Of a DNA stretch of 32,000 bases, positions 26,004-32,000 are shown one piece after another. Where the stretch lies: assembly GCF_900187275.1 (NCBI RefSeq), contig NZ_LT906458.1:1890001-1922000 (forward strand), read 5' to 3'. The position numbers and the translations under genes were made by a program. The notes below the pieces were generated by a model that saw nothing but the letters and a program-made list of their open reading frames with translations, was not told the DNA's origin and did no database searches. The stretch is from Pasteurella multocida (GTDB lineage Bacteria > Pseudomonadota > Gammaproteobacteria > Enterobacterales > Pasteurellaceae). Positions within the stretch are counted from its first letter, which is position 1, and every line of letters begins with the position of its first letter.

Positions 26004-26878
26004 TGGCAAATTCACCAAAATATGCGGGTAAAGAAGCACGAGAAAAGTTAGGCTGGTGGTACGCCAATCGCTTTTTGTTCTGGCGACGTTTAACCCAGCT
26101 GAGTATTCTTGCCATGTTTTTAAGCGGACCTTATTTTGGGGTGTGGATCTTGAAAGGCAATTACAGTAGTAGTCTTTTGCTTGATTTGATCCCGATGACT
26201 GATCCTTTGATTATGGCAGAAAGTCTCGCGACCGGTTTTATGCCTACCATGACCGCGTTGTTGGGTGCCCTGATTGTGGTGGTGCTTTATGCCATTTTAG
26301 GGAGTCGCGTTTTCTGTGCTTGGGTTTGTCCGTTAAACATCGTGACAGATGCGTCCGCTTGGCTCAGACGTAAATTAGAAATTCGTCAATCGGCAAAACT
26401 CCCACGAAGTTTACGCTATGCGATCTTAGTGATGATTTTGTTAGGCAGTGCGCTAAGCGGGTTATTACTTTGGGAATGGCTCAATCCGGTTGCAGCACTA
26501 GGTCGTGCGTTAATTTACGGTTTCGGTGCGACAGTTTGGCTTGTTCTTGCGGTGTTTTTATTTGATTTATTTATTGTCGAGCATGGTTGGTGTGGGCATT
26601 TATGCCCAATAGGTGCAGCCTATGGTGTGATTGGTGCGAAAGGACTTTTTCGTATCAAAGTTGAGCATCGCCAACAATGTGATAATTGCATGGATTGCTA
26701 TAACGTCTGTCCAGAACCACAAGTGTTACGCGATCCATTACATGCAAAAAAGAGTGAAAGCCCACTTGTGCTTTCAAAAGATTGTATCAGCTGTGGACGT
26801 TGTATCGACGTTTGCCCTGAAAAAGTATTTATTTTTACAACACGATTTAATCATTCAGTTAATCATTCGGGGGAGTGA
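26003..26878 (+). CDS. napH: NapH, membrane-bound ferredoxin-type subunit of the quinol dehydrogenase
   Basis: Start set at ATG 26003, overlapping the napG TAA (TAATG), with GGAGAG 6 nt upstream. It has four TM helices, the CxxC-P motifs (FCAWVCP, WCGHLCP) and C-terminal clusters (CDNCMDCYNVCP, CISCGRCIDVCP). Confidence 0.92.
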   Translation: MANSPKYAGKEAREKLGWWYANRFLFWRRLTQLSILAMFLSGPYFGVWILKGNYSSSLLLDLIPMTDPLIMAESLATGFMPTMTALLGALIVVVLYAILGSRVFCAWVCPLNIVTDASAWLRRKLEIRQSAKLPRSLRYAILVMILLGSALSGLLLWEWLNPVAALGRALIYGFGATVWLVLAVFLFDLFIVEHGWCGHLCPIGAAYGVIGAKGLFRIKVEHRQQCDNCMDCYNVCPEPQVLRDPLHAKKSESPLVLSKDCISCGRCIDVCPEKVFIFTTRFNHSVNHSGE

Positions 26879-26883
26879 TCAAA

Positions 26884-27309
26884 ATGAAAAAAACAATGCT
26901 AATTTTGACCGCACTTTTTGCCTTCACGGTCAATGCCAATGAAGTCAAAGTGGGCAAAAGTTTACAAGATTCACCTGAAAATATCGCGCCAGCCTTCCAC
27001 AATACACCAAAAGAAAGTGGCTTGGCGCCGTTAAACTATGTGAACCAACCACCGATGGTGCCACACGCGACGAAAAACTATCAGGTGACGAAAAATATCA
27101 ACCAATGTTTAACTTGTCATAGCCCAGAAGCCTCACGTGTTACTGGTGCAACACGCATCAGTCCAACCCACTTTATGGATCGTGATGGTAACATTGTCGG
27201 AGGCACCTCACCTCGCCGTTACTTCTGTTTACAATGCCATGTCTCTCAATCTGATGTTGAGCCGATTATTCAAAATGAATTTAAACCGATGGCTGGTTTT
27301 GGTAAATAA
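26884..27309 (+). CDS. napB: NapB, dihaem cytochrome c subunit of periplasmic nitrate reductase
   Basis: Start set at ATG 26884 (MKKTMLILTALFAFTVNA signal peptide) with GGGGGAG 8 nt upstream. It has two CxxCH haem motifs (CLTCH, CLQCH). Confidence 0.93.
   Translation: MKKTMLILTALFAFTVNANEVKVGKSLQDSPENIAPAFHNTPKESGLAPLNYVNQPPMVPHATKNYQVTKNINQCLTCHSPEASRVTGATRISPTHFMDRDGNIVGGTSPRRYFCLQCHVSQSDVEPIIQNEFKPMAGFGK
26908..26916 (-). repeat. USS core (ACCGCACTT on + strand) inside the napB signal-peptide codons
   Basis: Exact 9-mer match. Confidence 0.9.
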
Positions 27310-27324
27310 GTTAAGGACGGAACT

Positions 27325-27918
27325 ATGTTGAACTTAATTAAACGCTTTTGGAAATGGTTTCGCTCGCCCAGTCGTATTGCCGTTGGTACCTTGATTACCC
27401 TTGCTTTTATTGCAGGTATTGTCTCTTGGGTTGGGTTTAATTATGGCTTAGAGCAAACCAATACAGAGGAATTCTGTGTTAGTTGTCACAGTAATGATGT
27501 GTATCCAGAATATTTACATACGGCGCATTATTTAAATCGCAGTGGAGTAAAAGCCACTTGTCCTGATTGCCATGTACCGCACGAATTTATTCCAAAAATG
27601 ATCCGTAAAGTCCAAGCCAGTCGAGAAGTGTATGCGCATCTTATGGGTTATACGGATACCATTGATAAATTTAACTCCCGTCGTTTGCATATGGCAGAAC
27701 GTGAATGGGCACGATTAAAAGCCAATAACTCGCAGGAATGCCGTAACTGCCATAACTTTGAGAATATGGATTTTAGTCAGCAAAAAACGGTGGCGGAAAA
27801 AATGCATGCACTTGCTATAAAAGAAGAAAAAACCTGTATTGACTGTCACAAAGGGATTGCGCACCAATTACCGGATATGAGCGGTGTTGAGTCGGGTTTT
27901 AGTACGGAACAAAAATAA
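27325..27918 (+). CDS. napC: NapC, membrane-anchored tetrahaem cytochrome c (NapC/NirT family)
   Basis: 197 aa with an N-terminal anchor helix and four CxxCH motifs (CVSCH, CPDCH, CRNCH, CIDCH). Confidence 0.95.
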   Translation: MLNLIKRFWKWFRSPSRIAVGTLITLAFIAGIVSWVGFNYGLEQTNTEEFCVSCHSNDVYPEYLHTAHYLNRSGVKATCPDCHVPHEFIPKMIRKVQASREVYAHLMGYTDTIDKFNSRRLHMAEREWARLKANNSQECRNCHNFENMDFSQQKTVAEKMHALAIKEEKTCIDCHKGIAHQLPDMSGVESGFSTEQK

Positions 27919-27941
27919 CACTTTTCTTGTTCTCCCACAGG

Positions 27942-27980
27942 AAATCTGCATCGTATTCAGGTGCAGATTTTTTTATTTTT
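27942..27980 (+). terminator. Strong rho-independent terminator of the nap operon
   Basis: aaatctgca (27942-27950) pairs with tgcagattt (27962-27970) and is followed by tttttttattttt. Confidence 0.85.
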
Positions 27981-27998
27981 ACGATCATCCTCACAACC
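27977..27998. promoter_or_regulatory. Candidate CRP-S-like (competence regulon) site upstream of dprA
   Basis: ttt-TACGA-tcatcc-TCACA-acc. The right half is canonical CRP. The left half has C at core position 3, as in the Sxy-dependent CRP-S core TGCGA, but A instead of G at position 2. It is centred 83 nt upstream of the dprA ATG. Confidence 0.3.
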
Positions 27999-28070
27999 TT
28001 TTCGCTGATAAATAGGATACAACGCTAGCTACACGCTATCTTGCTGCTTTTTGTGTTGTTGTGAGGGATT

Positions 28071-29192
28071 ATGTCATCTTATCTGCCTCTTTTATTACGT
28101 TTGTTACAAATTCCGCGTTTGGGTTCGCTGGCGATCCAGCGTTTATTGGAGCACATCAGTCCAGCGGAATTAATGGAATATGATACAAAAGCCTTTCAAC
28201 AGATAGGCTGGACGGCACAGCAGATTCAGCGTTGGTTTACGCCTGAGAACCGTTATATTGATCCCGCGTTAGCCTGGGTAAACGAACAACAACATATTGT
28301 GGATTGGTTTGATCCTCATTATCCTCCCTTGTTAAAGCAAACAGAAGAGGCACCACTTGTCTTGTTTGTGAAAGGGGAAGTGGCTACGCTATCTGCACAG
28401 CAAGTGGCGATCGTGGGCAGTCGTCATTGTTCACGTTATGGGGAATACTGGGCAAATTATTTCGCCACTCAACTGGCTTATGCCGATATTGTGGTGACCA
28501 GTGGTTTAGCGTTAGGTATTGATGGTTTCTCACATCAAGCGGTAGTGGATATCCACGGGAAGACGATTGCAGTATTAGGCAGTGGTTTAGAGGTCATTTA
28601 TCCGAAAAAACACCGAGGTTTAGCCGAAAAAATTATTGAACATCAAGGTGCGTTAGTGTCTGAATTTTTACCTTTCCAACCCCCTGTGGCAGAAAATTTT
28701 CCACGTCGTAATCGCATTATTAGTGGTTTATCTTTGGGGACATTAGTCATTGAAGCCTCAGAAAACAGTGGTTCTTTAATTACTGCCCGCTATGCTTTAG
28801 AGCAAAATCGAGATGTTTTTGCGTTACCGGGGCAGATTCAGCATGGATTTAGCCAAGGTTGTCATAAACTGATTAAACAGGGGGCAATATTAGTCGAAAG
28901 TATTCAGGATATTTTAGAACATCTCTCGCCTTATTCGCATTGTGCCATGCCAGCGTTGCCTCGTACGGAGAACGCCTTTTCTCAACAAGTAACAGACACA
29001 TCAACCATCAATACTGCGCGGATAACGCCAGAACATCCGGAATTATATGCCAAAATTGGCTATATGCCCGTCAGTATTGATGTATTAGCCCAACAAGTCA
29101 ATCTACCTATTGATACCTTATTAGTACAGCTTTTAACCTTGGAATTGCAAGACTTGATTGTTGCTGAAAATGGATTATATCAGCGCAAATAA
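28071..29192 (+). CDS. dprA: DNA processing protein A (Smf), loads RecA on incoming ssDNA
   Basis: 373 aa. The Rossmann-like core has [70 protein letters not shown] and [18 protein letters not shown] present. Confidence 0.93.
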   Translation: MSSYLPLLLRLLQIPRLGSLAIQRLLEHISPAELMEYDTKAFQQIGWTAQQIQRWFTPENRYIDPALAWVNEQQHIVDWFDPHYPPLLKQTEEAPLVLFVKGEVATLSAQQVAIVGSRHCSRYGEYWANYFATQLAYADIVVTSGLALGIDGFSHQAVVDIHGKTIAVLGSGLEVIYPKKHRGLAEKIIEHQGALVSEFLPFQPPVAENFPRRNRIISGLSLGTLVIEASENSGSLITARYALEQNRDVFALPGQIQHGFSQGCHKLIKQGAILVESIQDILEHLSPYSHCAMPALPRTENAFSQQVTDTSTINTARITPEHPELYAKIGYMPVSIDVLAQQVNLPIDTLLVQLLTLELQDLIVAENGLYQRK

Positions 29193-29216
29193 CGGAAAGA
29201 GTAACCACAAATGAGA

Positions 29217-29253
29217 AAGGACTGTGTTGAAACGGCTATCAACATCAGTCCTT
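29217..29253. terminator. Long hairpin between convergent dprA and lptD (possible bidirectional terminator)
   Basis: aaggactgtgttga (29217-29230) pairs with tcaaca-t-cagtcctt (29239-29253), giving 14 bp with one bulge and an 8-nt loop. There is no clear T run on either side. Confidence 0.3.
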
Positions 29254-29297
29254 GCAGTATATTATCTCATATGACACGAGACGGCAGTTTCATGAGA

Positions 29298-31646
29298 TTA
29301 ATAGAGACTAAACGCTTGTAAATACGGTAGTTTGCCTCGTTGTAGCATTTTCTCAATATTGCCTTTGTGATCATCACGACCTAAGCCTCGTAGCTCAATA
29401 TTGATACCAATACTTTTGTCATAAAAAATTTGATTCGCCGTTTGGTTTTCTTTGCTGGTCACACTACGTCGGGCACCAACATTAATCGCCCAACAGCAAG
29501 TGCTGTATTCTAGTCCCAAATATTGCTCAACAGGCTTTCTCAACGCAAGATCTTGATAATGACGTGCTACCACCGCCCATTGATCCGTGAGTGCCCATGC
29601 CACAGTTAGACCAAGCTGTTTTATGTCTTGTCCGTAGCGGTTCGCCGCTGAGGTGAGGTTTTGGTCAATATATTGTTGACTTGCATAACGGTAACTTAAT
29701 TGAATAATATTATTTCCCGTCGGGTTATATTCTAGAGTAAAGTTGCCCAATGAGGATTTATTTAGGCGTGTATCATATTGATAGCTGCCTTGCCAACGCC
29801 ATTGATCATTGATTTTCCAGTTGGAGGCAAGTGACCAAGAGGAGGAGCGCCCATAGGTGCTGTTTTCTTTACTGTTATCAATGCGCGAGTCTTGCAAATA
29901 GTAAATTTGCCCCGCAGAGAAATTAAAGCGTTCATTGCCTTTTTTATCATAAATACGCGTGGTACCACCTACCGTGAATTGATTGGCAGAGGCGATGCGG
30001 TCTAATCCACTGTAACGACGATCACGGAATAAGCCGAAATAGTCTTGCTGTAAGAGAGAAGAGTCATAACCAAAACCTAAGTAGGCATTATTTAATTTTG
30101 AACCAATATTGCTTTGGTCTTTGTAAGGGCGATATAAATATTGCACATGAGGTTCTAAAGTTTGTGTGTAACCTTCAATAAACGTTTGCTGGCTAGCCAA
30201 AACTGTTTGTAAGTCCACTTTGACTTGTGGCAAGACACGATTGATTTTTCGTTCTACTTGTTCTGCTTCCGCCGCACGCCCTTGCGTTTGTTGGTAGTGG
30301 GTTGCATAGAGTTTCGTTTCAATGTTTAAACTACCATAACGATTCGATAGCGGTAAATTGATGCTCGGTTCAGCATGAAAACGCCATGCTTTTGGCATTA
30401 ATGGACTTTTATTATCAAAGTGAACTGCTTGTGAAAAGAGTTTGAAATTCAAAGGGCTATCGAACAGGGCATTTTGGTAATAGTTGAAATCGACTTGCGG
30501 CAGAGCGCGATATGGACCAATATCCACTTCGTTGAAAATTTGGAATTGTTTAGCCGAAATCGCAATATTGTAATGCGGTTGGTAATAGGCAACACGGAAT
30601 TTTTGATCCGCATAGCCGTCTGTGCTTGAGCCATAAGCTGAATCAAAGTCTGAAAAATAACGTTGATCGCTAACACGGGTATAATCCAAATTTAAACGCC
30701 AATTTTGTAAGAAACTGGAATGATGTGTCCAATAAAATAAGTGGCGAGAACGATCGCGATTGCGGTAATCGGTTAGTCGATCTTGCTTTAAATATTCGCC
30801 TGCAATTTTTCCTTCCCCGATTGGGCTTAAATAGCGGAATTCACCATTAAGTTGCCAACCACGTTTTGACATATATTTTGGGGTCATGGTGGCATCAAGG
30901 TTTGGTGCAATATTCCAATAAAACGGTTGCTCATAGAAATAACCGTCACGATTTGATGTCCCAAAATTTGGTAATAATAAACCTGAACGACGGCGATCCC
31001 CAATCGGTAGCTGTAAATAAGGGGTGTAAAAAATCGGTACACCATGCACTTTAAAACGTGCATGCCACATTTCCGCGTATTCTTCTTGAATATGTTGTCG
31101 CATTTCTTTCGCTTCAATTGACCATGCATTATCTTGTGGTAAGCAAGATGTAAACACTGCATTTGTCATGAGACGATAATCTTCGCGTAGCGCAATGGAT
31201 TCTGCTTTGCCTCGTCCTTGACGATCGACTAGTTGGTAATCTGCGTTTTTGATATCAGTGTTTTTCGTATTGAGCTGCACTTGCGCTTCTTCACCTTTTA
31301 GCTGGATTTGGTGATCTTGATACTCAAATCCTCCGCGGACATGCGCTAAACGCTGTAGTCCATTGGGCTGTTTTTGTTGACTGATGTCTGCACGTTGGGC
31401 ACGGAGTTGGCGGTTACCTTGTTGAATTTCTACATTGCCTTCATAGCTGGCACTAACAGATTGGTTTAATCTTGCCTGATCAGCTTCGATGTAAACAGGC
31501 AAGTCATTTGGATTACCCGTGACCAATTCGCCCGTAAAATGTGGGACACCAGCTAAACATTGTGATTTCAAGTCAGCTAAACTGGATACACTATAAAGGG
31601 TACTCAAGATAGCGATAGAAAGGCGTGTGTAAGAATTCTTTTTCAT
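29298..31646 (-). CDS. lptD: LPS-assembly outer-membrane protein LptD (OstA/Imp)
   Basis: About 782 aa with a signal peptide (MKKNSYTRLSIAILSTLYSVSSLA/DL), the conserved N-terminal QCLAGVP, an OstA N-domain and a large beta-barrel rich in aromatic-ended strands. The start is taken at ATG 31646 by alignment to the E. coli LptD N-terminus (MKK...). The upstream ATG at 31658 is also possible, and neither has a good RBS. Confidence 0.93.
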   Translation of the reverse strand: MKKNSYTRLSIAILSTLYSVSSLADLKSQCLAGVPHFTGELVTGNPNDLPVYIEADQARLNQSVSASYEGNVEIQQGNRQLRAQRADISQQKQPNGLQRLAHVRGGFEYQDHQIQLKGEEAQVQLNTKNTDIKNADYQLVDRQGRGKAESIALREDYRLMTNAVFTSCLPQDNAWSIEAKEMRQHIQEEYAEMWHARFKVHGVPIFYTPYLQLPIGDRRRSGLLLPNFGTSNRDGYFYEQPFYWNIAPNLDATMTPKYMSKRGWQLNGEFRYLSPIGEGKIAGEYLKQDRLTDYRNRDRSRHLFYWTHHSSFLQNWRLNLDYTRVSDQRYFSDFDSAYGSSTDGYADQKFRVAYYQPHYNIAISAKQFQIFNEVDIGPYRALPQVDFNYYQNALFDSPLNFKLFSQAVHFDNKSPLMPKAWRFHAEPSINLPLSNRYGSLNIETKLYATHYQQTQGRAAEAEQVERKINRVLPQVKVDLQTVLASQQTFIEGYTQTLEPHVQYLYRPYKDQSNIGSKLNNAYLGFGYDSSLLQQDYFGLFRDRRYSGLDRIASANQFTVGGTTRIYDKKGNERFNFSAGQIYYLQDSRIDNSKENSTYGRSSSWSLASNWKINDQWRWQGSYQYDTRLNKSSLGNFTLEYNPTGNNIIQLSYRYASQQYIDQNLTSAANRYGQDIKQLGLTVAWALTDQWAVVARHYQDLALRKPVEQYLGLEYSTCCWAINVGARRSVTSKENQTANQIFYDKSIGINIELRGLGRDDHKGNIEKMLQRGKLPYLQAFSLY

Positions 31647-31663
31647 CGGATAAACCATACATA

Positions 31664-31698
31664 ATCAAAAATTAGCCTGATTATACTGGAAAATCAGG
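31664..31698 (-). terminator. Possible terminator of tag
   Basis: cctgatt (31676-31682) pairs with aatcagg (31692-31698) around a 9-nt loop. On the minus strand it is followed by CTAATTTTTG. Confidence 0.35.
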
Positions 31699-31709
31699 GG
31701 AAAGGCATA

Positions 31710-32000
31710 TTATTTACAGCAACAATCATTCAGGTGATCATTGACCAATCCCATCGACTGCATAAAGGCATAACAAGTGGTTTCTCCAACAAAAACAAAG
31801 CCCCGTTTTTTCAACGCGTTAGACATAGCAATGGAAGTTGGTGTTTTCGTGGGGACGCTTGCTAAGTTAGGGACGTCATTGAACTGGGGTTGGTGATTGA
31901 CAAACGACCAAATAAAATTGCTAAAATTCTCACCGCACTTTTGCATGGCTAAATACGCTTTGGCGTTAGTAATAATCGCTTCAAGTTTTTTGCGATGACG
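31710..32000 (-). CDS. tag: DNA-3-methyladenine glycosylase I, C-terminal 96 codons (gene runs off the right edge)
   Basis: The frame stays open from 32000. My translation reads RHRKKLEAIITNAKAYLAMQKCGENFSNFIWSFVNHQP...KKRGFVFVGETTCYAFMQSMGLVNDHLNDCCCK, which is co-linear with the E. coli Tag C-terminal half, including the terminal Cys cluster. Confidence 0.9.
   Translation of the reverse strand, partial: RHRKKLEAIITNAKAYLAMQKCGENFSNFIWSFVNHQPQFNDVPNLASVPTKTPTSIAMSNALKKRGFVFVGETTCYAFMQSMGLVNDHLNDCCCK
31932..31940 (-). repeat. USS core (ACCGCACTT on + strand) inside tag
   Basis: Exact 9-mer match. Confidence 0.9.

Noticed and set aside
29211-29321. 36-codon + strand ORF (MRKDCVETAINISPCS...) downstream of dprA
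   Set aside because: It is short, runs through the intergenic hairpin, overlaps the lptD 3' end antisense, and has only a marginal RBS.
1-32000. Search for CRISPR arrays, tRNA/rRNA genes, IS elements, integrases, prophage or toxin-antitoxin pairs, and tandem simple-sequence repeats of the phase-variation type
   Set aside because: I found no direct-repeat/spacer architecture, no cloverleaf-sized unexplained gaps (the largest intergenic gap is about 230 bp and is accounted for), and no transposase- or integrase-like translations. The only homopolymers are short: A8 within murP codons at 3403-3410 and T8 at the yheS start. None is in a position suggesting phase variation.

Overview
This 32-kb stretch reads as core chromosome of a naturally competent Pasteurellaceae (Haemophilus/Pasteurella-like, roughly 40% GC by eye). 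It carries 12 perfect copies of the Hin-type DNA uptake signal sequence AAGTGCGGT, where about 0.2 are expected by chance. I can support 30 tightly packed protein-coding genes. In order they are: udp (partial) and asnC, divergent from asnA; the MurNAc catabolic unit murP-murQ with divergent murR; a TAXI-type TRAP transporter operon (lipoprotein receptor, DUF1850-like membrane protein, fused permease); a MarC-family membrane protein; the ABC-F ATPase yheS; a secreted protein of unknown function; rpoH; a DASS (INDY-like) symporter; a membrane-anchored two-HKD phospholipase-D/cardiolipin-synthase-family protein; a gap-free array narQ / S51 peptidase-like / murB / 103-aa unknown / tehA; the complete periplasmic nitrate reductase operon napFDAGHBC, divergent from narQ; dprA; lptD; and tag (partial). 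I saw no rRNA, tRNA, CRISPR array, IS element, integrase, or phage or plasmid genes, and no obvious compositional island. I therefore did not find a convincing self-contained novel defence or mobile system. The best candidates for undescribed biology are: (i) the 103-aa protein translationally coupled to the TehA/SLAC1-type anion channel; (ii) the TAXI-TRAP/DUF1850 operon, which sits behind a near-consensus PurR-type operator; (iii) a secreted Adhesin-E-like protein downstream of rpoH; and (iv) the shared narQ/napF control region. All family calls rest on my own recognition of the translations and motifs; no database search or folding calculation was run.
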